Source of the DNA: an uncultured Methylomirabilota bacterium
GTDB taxonomy: Bacteria > Methylomirabilota > Methylomirabilia > Methylomirabilales > 2-02-FULL-66-22
NCBI GenBank assembly: GCA_963705305.1
Contig: OY970067.1
Coordinates: 5,472,001-5,536,000, forward strand
Length of the DNA stretch: 64,000 nt
Direction: 5' to 3'
This document shows positions 42,644 to 52,247 of this stretch, in pieces. Position numbers and translations under genes: made by a program. The notes below the pieces were generated by a model that worked only from the letters and a program-made list of their open reading frames with translations, was not told the DNA's origin and ran no database searches. Position 1 is the first letter of the stretch. Every line of letters starts with the position of its first letter.

Positions 42644-44086
42644 TCATCGAACAAGCCGGCGCGCGGCGCCTCCCGCGTCATCCCCCGCCGTGACGGCCGT
42701 CCCTTCCGCGGAGAGAAACCGCGCCACGCGGGCTTCCACCTCAGGGTGGTCCACGTACCCGTTGTGGCGAGAGCAGACCGTCAGTGTGCTCAGCCCCGGC
42801 GAGGCCGGCAGGTCCAGGGCGCTGGCAGACGTCACGATCCCGTCGCCCGGAGCCACGGCGCGCGCATAGAATGGATCGCCTGCCTGGTTGCGGGCGGGGA
42901 ACTTCAGCCCCCCATCCGTCACGACCGCGCCCACCGGGGTCGGCCAGCAGTCGCTCCCCACCAGGAGACGCGGAACGGCCTCCTCCGCCGCATCCGGGCC
43001 GGCAAGGGCCTGCTGGAGCTTCCCAGCCCGCTCCAGCATGGCCGACGCAAAGCGGACCTGGTCGGGTCCGTCATCCTCCCCGGGGAGCCAGCCCCGATCG
43101 ATCCAGGTCCGAAGCTGGAACAGCGGCACGCGCGCGGCCCGGCCATCCGTCACCAGGACGGAGACCTGCCCGTCCGGTCCGGCGAACGGCAGCAGCTCCC
43201 ACGCCATCGGCATGGAGAAGACCGCTCGCCGCAGGCCCAGCTCGAAGATGCCGAACAGCCGGAAATCCTCGGTCAGCGCCTGGAGGGCTAGAGCGGATCC
43301 GCGATTGGGCGCCCCCAGGGTAACCAATCCCGCCACCGATCGGGCACCCGGCTGATTGAGGGAGGCGGCCGGCGCCCCCTGAGCCAGCGGACAGCTCCGC
43401 CCGTCCAGCACATCCTCTCCGCCGTAGCGCAGGTAGTATCGGGCCACCAGCCCTCCCAGGCTGTGACCGACCACCAGCACGCGGGGCGCCCCGGCCGTCT
43501 CGCGGATGCGGGCGATCTCCTCCGCGACCACACAGGCGCTCGCCGCCAGGTCGCGCCGCCAGTCGTAGTACAGCACGAACAGCGAGGCCGGGCGGGCCCG
43601 GTCGTGACGCTCTGCCTCGGGGTTTTCCGGATAGTCCTTGTCCCGGGGATTGTCCGGATTGCCGCGAACGTATCCCTGGTCGCGGATGAGCCGGTTGATG
43701 AGGGGCTGAAGTCCGCGGACGTTGGTCCCGCGCAGCGCGGCATTCAGACGCGGGGGGATGCCCAGCGGGTCCGCCCCACCCGCGGGAAATCGCGGATCAC
43801 CGAGATGCGCCAGCGCCTCGCCGTCCGTCCGGAGCGCGAGCGCCGAGAAGGATGCGAACGAGCCGCCGCGCAGGACATGGCCGACCTCGCGATTCACGCC
43901 GGGCAGCAGGACGATCGGCGCTCGTTTCAGGCCCGGCGGCCATTGCGCCTCCCGTTCCGGCCCCTGGCCCGGCCGATGGCCGCAGCCGCAGAAGAGCGCC
44001 ACGAGGCCGAGGACGGCCAGGAATCCTCCCGCGCGTGCCCCCTGCCGGAAGCGGCACCCAGCCTCCCGTTCAGTCCCTCCCCGCAT
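42644..44086 (-). CDS. exported alpha/beta hydrolase (lipase/LCAT-like), probable lipoprotein
   Basis: Signal with FCGC; PIVLLPG, YYDWR, GHSLGG (nucleophile elbow), LGAPNRGS, GDGIV, catalytic-type His near the C-terminus. Confidence 0.85.
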   Translation of the reverse strand: MRGGTEREAGCRFRQGARAGGFLAVLGLVALFCGCGHRPGQGPEREAQWPPGLKRAPIVLLPGVNREVGHVLRGGSFASFSALALRTDGEALAHLGDPRFPAGGADPLGIPPRLNAALRGTNVRGLQPLINRLIRDQGYVRGNPDNPRDKDYPENPEAERHDRARPASLFVLYYDWRRDLAASACVVAEEIARIRETAGAPRVLVVGHSLGGLVARYYLRYGGEDVLDGRSCPLAQGAPAASLNQPGARSVAGLVTLGAPNRGSALALQALTEDFRLFGIFELGLRRAVFSMPMAWELLPFAGPDGQVSVLVTDGRAARVPLFQLRTWIDRGWLPGEDDGPDQVRFASAMLERAGKLQQALAGPDAAEEAVPRLLVGSDCWPTPVGAVVTDGGLKFPARNQAGDPFYARAVAPGDGIVTSASALDLPASPGLSTLTVCSRHNGYVDHPEVEARVARFLSAEGTAVTAGDDAGGAARRLVR

Positions 44087-44204
44087 ATCGGTCCCGCCCC
44101 GGTCATGCTTTGGAGATGTCATCCCTCGCTTGCTGAAGTATAGTCTCCCAACAGGACCGCTTCTAGCGGCTTCTTCGGGGCTGCGCGCCCAAAGGAGGGG
44201 AATC

Positions 44205-44699
44205 ATGAAGCTGAACGAACCGCTGCTCGCCGAGCTTTCCCGCGAGGCCGCCACCGCCCGCCGGATGCTGGAGCGCCTTCCCCAGACCCAGTTCGCCTGG
44301 AGGCCCCACGAGCGGTCGATGACGCTGGGCCGCCTGACCACCCACATCGCCGAGATTCCAGGGTGGGTCGGAAGCTGCCTGGACAAGGAGGGCTTTGACT
44401 TCAGCGGAGACCACGCGCCGCGCACGATACAGACCGGGGCCGAGCTTTTGGCCTTCTTTGACCAGAACGTGGCGACCGCAACCCAGGTGGTGAAGGGCCT
44501 GAGCAACGAGCGGCTGCTGGGCAACTGGCGGCTGACCAGGCAGGGGCAGCTCATCGTCGAGATGCCGCGCATCGGGGTGGTGCGCGCCCTGCTCTTGAAT
44601 CACTTCATCCATCACCGGGGCCAGCTCTCCGTATACATGCGGCTGCTAAACGTGCCGGTGCCGTCCATCTACGGCCCCAGCGCCGACGAGCCGATGTGA
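44205..44699 (+). CDS. DinB/YfiT-like four-helix bundle metalloprotein
   Basis: WRPHERSMTLGRLTTHIAE, NHFIHHRGQLSVYMR; RBS AGGAGG. Confidence 0.92.
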   Translation: MKLNEPLLAELSREAATARRMLERLPQTQFAWRPHERSMTLGRLTTHIAEIPGWVGSCLDKEGFDFSGDHAPRTIQTGAELLAFFDQNVATATQVVKGLSNERLLGNWRLTRQGQLIVEMPRIGVVRALLLNHFIHHRGQLSVYMRLLNVPVPSIYGPSADEPM

Positions 44700-44736
44700 A
44701 GGGCGCAGCCAGACCGCCCGCGCAGGGGAGCCTTAG

Positions 44737-44888
44737 CAGGCTGCTGAAAAGGCCCATCTGCGGCGTTGGCGCGCTCGCGTGGCGCTGCGACGTACGAGCC
44801 GAGTACGTCTCGCACCGCCCATCGCGCGCCGCCTTGCATCCGGACCTTTTTGAGCAGCCTGGGCGAAAACGGGTAGTTCAGCAGCCTG
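44737..44888 (+). mobile_element. MITE copy 3 (shortest, no nested palindromes)
   Basis: CAGGCTGCTGAAAAGG ... GTTCAGCAGCCTG, 152 bp; abuts the TAG stop of the convergent methyltransferase gene. Confidence 0.8.
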
Positions 44889-45641
44889 CTACGCCGCCGC
44901 GACCGCGACCAGCCGCCGCGCCAACCGGTCGTAGGGCGCTCCGTCCAGGCTTCCGTAGAGCGTGACGCGCACGAAGCCGGCTGCCCGCAGCGCCGCCCGG
45001 AGCTCTGCGCCCGAATAGAGGCGCAGCCCGAACGTGTAGACGGTGGACCGGCCGCCGCGGGTCAGGGTCCACCGGTTCTCAACCCAGCTCCCCCCGGCAC
45101 AGACCGTTCGCTCTTCGAGCAGGGTGGCCGAGCCGTCCGGGAGCCGATGCTGCTCTCGCGGGCGGAAGTCGCGGCGGAACAGCTCCTTCCCCAGCATCTC
45201 CATCAGCAGCAGTCCCCCCGGCTTCAGGCAGGCGCGCAGGTTGCGGAGCACCTGGAGGTCCTCCTCGGAATCCTCGAAGTACCCGAACGAGGTGAAGAGG
45301 TTCAGGGCCAGGTCGAACGCGGCCGGCCGCATGAAGCGACGCATGTCCTCCAGGACGAATTCGACCCGGAGTCCTAGGGCGGCGGCACGGGCTCGGGCGG
45401 CCTCCAGGTAGCGTGCCGTCCGGTCCACTCCGGTGACCCGGAAGCCGCGGCGGGCCATCTCCAGCGCGTGCCTGCCCTGCCCGCAGCACAGATCGAGCAC
45501 GGAGGCGCCGGGCGACGGGGCGAGCAGGCGGAGGAACTGCTCTACCTCGTTCACCGTGACCTCAGGCGGACGGTGGCACGCGAAGAGAAACGGCTCCACG
45601 GCCTCCCACAAGCCCTCATCCTCGTACCAGCGTCTTGCCAC
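44889..45641 (-). CDS. class I SAM-dependent methyltransferase
   Basis: VLDLCCGQGRH, TGVD, NLFTSFGYF, LKPGG; GTG start with GGAGG RBS. Confidence 0.9.
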   Translation of the reverse strand: MARRWYEDEGLWEAVEPFLFACHRPPEVTVNEVEQFLRLLAPSPGASVLDLCCGQGRHALEMARRGFRVTGVDRTARYLEAARARAAALGLRVEFVLEDMRRFMRPAAFDLALNLFTSFGYFEDSEEDLQVLRNLRACLKPGGLLLMEMLGKELFRRDFRPREQHRLPDGSATLLEERTVCAGGSWVENRWTLTRGGRSTVYTFGLRLYSGAELRAALRAAGFVRVTLYGSLDGAPYDRLARRLVAVAAA

Positions 45642-45805
45642 GTCTCGACCTCCCCGTCCCGATGGATAGGTCTTTACGCCCCCCCCACCCAGAGTGTATT
45701 TTAGCTCGCTATACGCAGGGTGATCATCCGTCATCCGCCGCGGTCCCCGGAGGGTGTATGATTGGGATTGCCTTCTCGAATCGCCGCAGTGTGCTCCTAC
45801 GTTGT

Positions 45806-46056
45806 CAGGATGCTGAAGAACTCACTTTGCGCCAGGCCGCTCAAAAAGGTCCAGATGTCCCTCGACTTCGCTCGGGACCGTGAGCCTGTCGAACGGCAAG
45901 CCGGCGTCACCCACCCTTCGGGATGGGTACCCGGGGCGGGGCACCCGCCACAGGCGGGTCAAGGCGTACTTCCGGTACGCCGCAGCGAGTGCCCGAGCGC
46001 ACGGGGCACCCATCCGAAGGATGGGTCTCGGCAGATGGGCCTTTTTCAGCAGCCTG
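45806..46056 (-). mobile_element. MITE copy 4 (longest, four nested inserts)
   Basis: Same ends as the other copies; 251 bp, including a 39-bp insert at 45858-45896. Confidence 0.8.
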
Positions 46057-46121
46057 CCAATCCTTGCCGCCGGGATCCGGCCACAGACCCGGAGCCCGGC
46101 GCCTTCGAGCCGAGGCATAAC

Positions 46122-47096
46122 ATGGGAAGCGAAGTGTTGTTCGCGCTCGACGAGATCAGGACTGTCGCCGTGATCGGGGCCGGGGTGATGGGGAGCGGGA
46201 TCGCCCAGACCTTCGCCCAGGCCGGTTATAGCGTCCGTCTGGCGGCCCGGCGCCCGGAGACGCTCGAGGCCTCCCTCCGGCGGATCGGCCGGAACCAGGA
46301 GGCCATGATTCAGGCCGGGCTGCTGGGCGAAGCGCTCGCCAGGGAGGCGCTGGCCCGCATCCATCCCACCGCCGACCTGGCGGAGGCGGTGCGGGACTGC
46401 CAGTTCGTGAGCGAGAGCGTGCCCGAAGATCCGGCCGTGAAGCGGGAAGTGTTCGCCGCCCTGGATCGGCTAGCCCCCCGCGGGGCCGTCCTCAGCACGG
46501 ATACGTCCGGCCTGCCCATCAGCACCATCGCATCCGCCACCGCGCGCCCCCAGGCGGTGGTGGGATTTCACTGGATGAACCCGCCCCACCTGATGCCGCC
46601 GATCGAGGTAATCCGCGGCGAACGCACGTCCGAGACGGCCATGCGCCTCGCCTGCGATCTGGCCCGCCGCCTCGGCCGGGTCCCCATCCGGGTCGAGAAG
46701 GACGTGCCCGGGTTCCTCTGGAACCGGTTGCAGCTGGCGTTAATTCGGGAGGCTCTGCACGTGGTGGAGCAGGGCATCGCCGCCCCGGAGGCCGTGGATC
46801 AGGCTGTCACGGTCGGCCTGGGCCTGCGCTGGGCCGCCGTGGGCCCCTTACGCCTCATGGACCTGGGCGGCCTCACTACCTTTCACGCCATCGCGGAGTA
46901 CCTGTACCCAGACCTCTCGGCGGCGCAGACGCCCCAGCGCCTCCTGGCAGAGAAGGTGGCGTCGGGCGAGACCGGCCTGCGGGCCGGCCGCGGCCTGTAC
47001 GACTACCCGCCCGGAAGCGGCGATGCCACCCTCCAGGCGCGGGACGCGAGACTCTTCGGCCTCCTGAGGCTCCTCCAGCCCCCGGCCGCTCGCTAG
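46122..47096 (+). CDS. 3-hydroxyacyl-CoA dehydrogenase family protein
   Basis: GAGVMGSGIA, ESVPE, STDTS, HWMNPPHL, PGFLWNRLQ. Confidence 0.92.
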   Translation: MGSEVLFALDEIRTVAVIGAGVMGSGIAQTFAQAGYSVRLAARRPETLEASLRRIGRNQEAMIQAGLLGEALAREALARIHPTADLAEAVRDCQFVSESVPEDPAVKREVFAALDRLAPRGAVLSTDTSGLPISTIASATARPQAVVGFHWMNPPHLMPPIEVIRGERTSETAMRLACDLARRLGRVPIRVEKDVPGFLWNRLQLALIREALHVVEQGIAAPEAVDQAVTVGLGLRWAAVGPLRLMDLGGLTTFHAIAEYLYPDLSAAQTPQRLLAEKVASGETGLRAGRGLYDYPPGSGDATLQARDARLFGLLRLLQPPAAR

Positions 47097-47249
47097 ACGC
47101 GCCCCCAGCCTCCCTCCCTCTGGGTCGAGCAGGCCGCAGAGGCGTCGAGGCGCCAGGGCGCGGAGGCGAGCCTTGATCTTTGCCTCTCTGCCTTGCCGCC
47201 CCTCCACCCTTGTTGCTCGGGGCAGCGAGCCGGCTGGATGCGACCACGG

Positions 47250-48362
47250 CTACGAGGTGTGAGAGGTCGTCCGGCGCGGATTCTCTGTGACCTTTGGATT
47301 GACCAGATCGCGGGTCGGCGGCCACTCGCCGACGAGCGCATTGGCGATATTGCGTGCCGTGCGGCGCCGCACGGCGACCTGGCTGGAGTCGGATACGCCC
47401 GCCGTATGGGGCGTCAGGAGGACGTTGTCCATGGTCAGGAGCGGACTGTCGGGCTCTAGCGGCTCCCGCTCGAACACATCCAGCCCCGCGCCGGCAATCC
47501 GGCGTGCCTGCAAGGCGGCGACAAGGGCGGCCTGGTCGACGACCGGCCCGCGCGCCGTATTGATGAGGGAGGCCGTGGGCTTCATCAGCCCCAGCTCGCG
47601 CTCGCCGATCAGACGGAACGTTCCCTTCGTCAGCGGGGCGTGCACGGAGACGATGTCGGACTGCGCGAGCAGTTCGTCCAAGCCGACCATCCTCACCGCA
47701 TAGGGATCGGCCGTCTGTTGGTCGACGAACGGATCGCAGGCGAGCAGTGTGAAGCCGAAGGGCCGGGCGCGGATTGCCACCTCACGGCCGATCTCGCCGA
47801 GCGCCACGAGGCCGAGGGTCATCTCGTACGTCGCCGGCATCGGGGATGAGAGCCCGCGCTCGTAGATCCCCCGGCGAAGGATACTGTTCAACATCGGCGC
47901 CTTGCGGGCCAGCGCCAGCGCCATCATCAGAGTATGGTCCGCAACCTCGCGGGCGCAGAAGCCCGGCGCGCTGAAGACGGCAATCCCGCGCGCGGTGGCG
48001 GCCTCGACGTCGACGATGTCGTAGCCGATGCCCGGCCGGCCGATGACCCGCAGCCGCGGCATCCGGTCCATGGCCTCGGCGGCCACCGGGGCCGACGTGA
48101 CCATGACGGCGTCGGCGTCATGCGCCATGCGCTCGATGACGTCCACCGTGTGCTTCGCCCGGGGCACGTAGGCGATGCTCACCCGACTCAGCTGCTCGAC
48201 CGAGAGGCCGAGACCTGCGAGAACGGCATCCGGTTCTTTCGATGCGCCAAGCCGGGCCCAGCCGACCAGGGCCTCCCCGTCGATCCTGGAGAGCTCTTCC
48301 TGCTCGATGCTGGGAAGAAACCACGCCGGCCGGTCGAGCAGAACGACCTTGTATTTTCCCAC
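47250..48362 (-). CDS. D-isomer-specific 2-hydroxyacid dehydrogenase (CtBP/SerA-like)
   Basis: GIGYDIVDV, EVADH, GLVALGEIG, INTARG, AGLDVFEREP, TPHTAG. Confidence 0.92.
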   Translation of the reverse strand: MGKYKVVLLDRPAWFLPSIEQEELSRIDGEALVGWARLGASKEPDAVLAGLGLSVEQLSRVSIAYVPRAKHTVDVIERMAHDADAVMVTSAPVAAEAMDRMPRLRVIGRPGIGYDIVDVEAATARGIAVFSAPGFCAREVADHTLMMALALARKAPMLNSILRRGIYERGLSSPMPATYEMTLGLVALGEIGREVAIRARPFGFTLLACDPFVDQQTADPYAVRMVGLDELLAQSDIVSVHAPLTKGTFRLIGERELGLMKPTASLINTARGPVVDQAALVAALQARRIAGAGLDVFEREPLEPDSPLLTMDNVLLTPHTAGVSDSSQVAVRRRTARNIANALVGEWPPTRDLVNPKVTENPRRTTSHTS

Positions 48363-48409
48363 TCGATTCCTCCTTCCCGTGTTGGATAACCCTGCGGTGG
48401 GAGCCCTCG

Positions 48410-50029
48410 TCACCACCCCATGGCGTAGCCGTCCCGCCGCGGATCGGCCCCGCCCGCCAGGGCGCCGCTCTCGGGGTCGCGCCACACCCCCTGCCCGCCG
48501 CCGACCACCCAGGACCACTCCGGCAGCTCGCGGATCACATGGCCTCGCGCCGCCAGCGCGGCCCGGACCTCGGCCGGGATCCGGCTCTCCACATCCACCG
48601 CGCGATCCGCGTACACCCGCACCCGCGGCGCCTCGATGGCCTCCTGGATATTCATCCCGTGCTCCAGGACGTTCAGCAGCATCTGCGTGGTGGTCTGGGG
48701 AATCCCGTAGCTGCCCGGCGTTCCGATGGCCAGCAGCAACACCCCCTTGCGGAACACCTGGACCGGCGCCATCCGGGTCTCCACGGGGCGATGGGGCAGC
48801 AGGGCGTTGGGGCTCTTCGGGTCCAGGTCGTTCCACATGAGCAGATTGTTCAGCAGGATCCCGGTGTCCCCGGCGATGAAGCCCGAGCCCAGCGGGCTGC
48901 CGAGGGTCTGGGTGATGGAGGCCGCATTCCCCTCCCCGTCCACGACGCTCAGGTGCGTGGTGTGCTCCCGCTGGTAGCCGTACGGGTCGCCGGGCGACAC
49001 CGCCCCGGCCGGAACGTCGGCGCTGTACCGCTCGCCCCCGGAGACCGCGGCACGCCCGGGATCGATGCGGGCGCGCTGCGCCCGGGCGTAGTCCTTGCTC
49101 AGCAGGCCGGCCACCGGACAGTCGGGCCGCGTCTGGAAGGCGATGCGGTCGGCCATGGCCAGCTTCACCGCCTCGATGACGGCGTGCAGGCTGTCGGCGC
49201 TGTTATGGCCGAGCGCCGGGAAGTCATAGCCCTCCAGGATGTTGAGGGTTTCGAGCACTTGCACCCCGGCGGCCGGCGGCGGCACGCTGGCCACCTCGTC
49301 GCCCCGGAACGTCGAGACGATCGGCGCAATCCATTCGGCCCGAAACGCGCCCAGATCCTCCATGCACAGCCACCCTCCCGCCGCCTGGTCCGCCTCGCAC
49401 AGCCGCCTTCCCAATTCTCCCCGGTAGAGGAGGTCGGGGCCCTCGGCCGCCAGTCGCCGGAGGGTGGTGGCCAGCGCGGGATGCCCGAGCAGGGCTCCCG
49501 GGCGCGGCACTTCCCCCGCCGGGCAGAAGAGCCTCGCCGCGTCCGGCGCAAGCCGCGCGCGATGCTCGCCCAGGAACGCCGCCCCCCGGTGGGTGAGGGG
49601 AAAGCCCTCCTCGGCCAACCGGATGGCCGGACCGAAGACTGTCCCCGGCGGCAGGGTTCCGTGCGCCCGCAGCATCTCCCACCACCCGGCGAAGTTTCCC
49701 GGCACCAGGCACGACTTCGGCCCTTTCGCCAGCTCCTCCGCGGTGCACTGCTCGTAGTGGGCCGCCGATGGGGTGCGGCCCATGAAGTTGAGCACCTTCC
49801 GCTCGCCGGAGCGGCCCAGGTGAAGAAGGAGCAGCCCGTCGCCCCCGATTCCGGACATGAACGGCTCGACCACGTTGAGGGCGGCCGCGGCGGCGGCCGC
49901 CGCATCCACAGCGTTCCCGCCCCGCCACAGCATCTCCATGCCGGCGGCGCTGGCCAGGGGATGGGCGGTGGCGATCACGCCGTGCCTGCCCATGACGGCG
50001 GGTCGGTGGGCTCGATGTCCGGGAGTCAT
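48410..50029 (-). CDS. ggt: gamma-glutamyltransferase
   Basis: GGNAVDAA, VVEPFMSGIGGD, HTTHLSVVDGEGN (catalytic Thr), GTPGS, ADPRRDG. Confidence 0.93.
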   Translation of the reverse strand: MTPGHRAHRPAVMGRHGVIATAHPLASAAGMEMLWRGGNAVDAAAAAAAALNVVEPFMSGIGGDGLLLLHLGRSGERKVLNFMGRTPSAAHYEQCTAEELAKGPKSCLVPGNFAGWWEMLRAHGTLPPGTVFGPAIRLAEEGFPLTHRGAAFLGEHRARLAPDAARLFCPAGEVPRPGALLGHPALATTLRRLAAEGPDLLYRGELGRRLCEADQAAGGWLCMEDLGAFRAEWIAPIVSTFRGDEVASVPPPAAGVQVLETLNILEGYDFPALGHNSADSLHAVIEAVKLAMADRIAFQTRPDCPVAGLLSKDYARAQRARIDPGRAAVSGGERYSADVPAGAVSPGDPYGYQREHTTHLSVVDGEGNAASITQTLGSPLGSGFIAGDTGILLNNLLMWNDLDPKSPNALLPHRPVETRMAPVQVFRKGVLLLAIGTPGSYGIPQTTTQMLLNVLEHGMNIQEAIEAPRVRVYADRAVDVESRIPAEVRAALAARGHVIRELPEWSWVVGGGQGVWRDPESGALAGGADPRRDGYAMGW

Positions 50030-50121
50030 GGTGTGCCTCCAAAGCAGTACAGGGGTGAGGGGAATATGCAGGATTTGCGGTGGTATCGAATCCGCCTGTC
50101 TGGAAGTTCTGCCGGGCGGGT

Positions 50122-50195
50122 TGGCTGGGGGACCAGGATTCGAACCTGGATAAGCAGATCCAAAGTCTGCTGTCCTGCCGTTGGACGATCCCCCA
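50122..50195 (-). tRNA. tRNA-Gln (anticodon TTG)
   Basis: Reverse complement TGGGGGATCGTCCAACGGCAGGACAGCAGACTTTGGATCTGCTTATCCAGGTTCGAATCCTGGTCCCCCAGCCA: cloverleaf, GTTCGAA T-loop, encoded CCA. Confidence 0.97.
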
Positions 50196-50348
50196 AGAGA
50201 GTTGGATGGGCCGGAACGGCGCCCATTCTAGCCTTCCCGGGCACCGCGCGCAAGCCGGAGGGCGCGGAAGCCGCGGTCTTGATGAAGAGGCGTGCCCCGG
50301 CGGCGGACCATCGCCGGGGCCATGGGGGATGGCAGGATCGGGGACGGC

Positions 50349-50684
50349 TCAGTCGCCCGCTTCCTCGACCAGCTTCGAGAGCAGGAGGCGCTCCACCGGC
50401 TTGCCGCCGACGACATGCTGGTCCATGATCTCCTCGACGTCCTGGACGCCCACCTTTCCGTACCAGATGCCCTCGGGATAGATCACCACGGAGGGTCCAG
50501 TGGCACAGGGACCCAGGCAGGTCGTGCCGCTCACGGCGACCCGATCCCAGAGCTGGCGCTTCTCGGTCTCTTCCTGGAACTTCTGGAAGACCGCCCGGGA
50601 CTGCTTCGAGGAACAGTCCCCCTTGGGGTGTCCAGCCGGGCGCTGGTTCACGCAGATGAAGATATGGTGGGTGTACTTGAACAC
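50349..50684 (-). CDS. thioredoxin-like [2Fe-2S] ferredoxin
   Basis: HIFICVNQR...GDC...CLGPC, VIYPEGIWY. Confidence 0.93.
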   Translation of the reverse strand: MFKYTHHIFICVNQRPAGHPKGDCSSKQSRAVFQKFQEETEKRQLWDRVAVSGTTCLGPCATGPSVVIYPEGIWYGKVGVQDVEEIMDQHVVGGKPVERLLLSKLVEEAGD

Positions 50685-50767
50685 GGGGCCGCCTCCTCGT
50701 TCGAAGTGGAAGGGTGTGTCTCGATCGCCCCTTTTCTATACCCGACCTACCCCCGAATTTCCAGCCC

Positions 50768-52222
50768 TCATTTGCCGGGGCTCCCGGTGAGCCCCAGCTT
50801 GTCCTCCAACTCCACGATCTTGGTCTTCACGGCCCCGACGTTGGGGGCCTGGGGGGCGAGGCGGACGTAGGTCCGGAGGGCCTGGAGGGCGTTGGCGGTC
50901 GCCCCGGTGAAGTCGTAGACGAGGCCGAGGTTGTAGTAGGCGTCCGTGAGCCAGGGGGCCGCGGCGAGGGCCGCCTCGAACTCGGTGACGGCCTCGGGGT
51001 AGCGCTTCTGCTCCACCCGGACGATCCCGAGGCGGTAGTGGTGGTCGGCGGCGTCGGAGACGGGGAGCTTCGCCCGCTGGGCGAGGGCGACCAGGCGGCT
51101 CACGGCCTCCTGCCGGTCGGCGGGGGCGAGGAAGCCGCGGGCCGCCTCCTGGTACGCCTGGACGGCCGCCGCCGGCTGGCCCGCCTGCTCCACGAGGAGG
51201 GCGGCGTTGTAGCTCGCCTTGGGGACGAGGCCGGGGGCCTCTTCCCGGGCGGCCCGGAACTTCGCGAGGGCCTCGGGGAGCCGCTGGGCCCGGGCCAGGG
51301 CCACCCCCTCCCGGTTGAGGGCCTGGGCCTGGCAGAGCTTCGGGTCGGGGGTGAGGCCGGTCCCCGCCAGGGCCGCTTGGAGGGCGGGGTCGTCGGGGTG
51401 GGCCTTCGCGACCGGCGCCCCCAGCTCCTTGGCCCCCTCGGGGTCGCAGAGCCGGTGGAGGAGGCGCACCGCGGCGGCGACCGGGGCCGGGGCCGTGGGG
51501 GCCGCCGCGAGGGCTTGGCGGAGGGCGGCCTGGGCGGCGGCGTAGTCGCCTTTCGCCTCGGCGGTCTCGGCGGCGGCAACCTGGGCCTGGGCACGGATGG
51601 CGGTGATCGCCGGCGAGGGCGGGGCGCCCGTCATGGCATACTTTCTCACCTGAGGAGAGGCGGCAATCGCTTCCACGGCCCTCTGCGAAGCCTCGGCCAC
51701 CACCTCGGCAGCCGCCTTGCCCAGAAGATCTATCCCGCTGGCCATCGGGGACCCATCGGTTTCCGTCTTAAACGAATTGACCGTGGTATCCCACACCGGC
51801 GAACCCTTGGGATCCAGCAAGGTGATCGTAAACGATCCGAGCAGATCTATCCGGCAGCCAAGGATCCCGCAGTACGGCATGGTGGGGACAAGGTCCTTGG
51901 GGCGGACCGACAGGATGGCGTTGGCCTCTGGAGGGTACTGGGTCCCATGCACCACCGTCGCCTTGTCGAAGGCGGGTAGAAGGATGTCCTGCGCAGCCAC
52001 CTTCAATAGGCTGCCGATGGGGATGACGCCTATCATGCCCGGTTGCACTTCTGCCGAGACTGTCTGGGCCTCCTCGGGCACCGAGATGGCGACATCCAAC
52101 GGTACCTTCTCCGCCACTTGCGTCGGAGGCAGGCCCAGCTTGATGAAGGGCACCTGGTACTGGACATCGCAGCCGACGATCACGAACATGAGCAGGCCGA
52201 GGGCCGCGAGGCGTGCTTTCAT
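50768..52222 (-). CDS. tetratricopeptide-repeat lipoprotein
   Basis: Lipobox IVGC; C-terminal TPRs (ALNREGVALA, ASYNAALL, AYYNLGLVY, YVRLAPQA). Confidence 0.82.
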   Translation of the reverse strand: MKARLAALGLLMFVIVGCDVQYQVPFIKLGLPPTQVAEKVPLDVAISVPEEAQTVSAEVQPGMIGVIPIGSLLKVAAQDILLPAFDKATVVHGTQYPPEANAILSVRPKDLVPTMPYCGILGCRIDLLGSFTITLLDPKGSPVWDTTVNSFKTETDGSPMASGIDLLGKAAAEVVAEASQRAVEAIAASPQVRKYAMTGAPPSPAITAIRAQAQVAAAETAEAKGDYAAAQAALRQALAAAPTAPAPVAAAVRLLHRLCDPEGAKELGAPVAKAHPDDPALQAALAGTGLTPDPKLCQAQALNREGVALARAQRLPEALAKFRAAREEAPGLVPKASYNAALLVEQAGQPAAAVQAYQEAARGFLAPADRQEAVSRLVALAQRAKLPVSDAADHHYRLGIVRVEQKRYPEAVTEFEAALAAAPWLTDAYYNLGLVYDFTGATANALQALRTYVRLAPQAPNVGAVKTKIVELEDKLGLTGSPGK

Positions 52223-52247
52223 GATGCCTCCTGCCACAAGAGCGTGG

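Noticed and set aside
44205..44699. Second DNA polymerase IV suggested by the name DinB
   Set aside because: This is the unrelated DinB/YfiT four-helix metalloprotein family.
50122..50195. tRNA-Gln as an integration site of a genomic island
   Set aside because: No integrase nearby, and no duplicated tRNA 3' end was noticed in the window.
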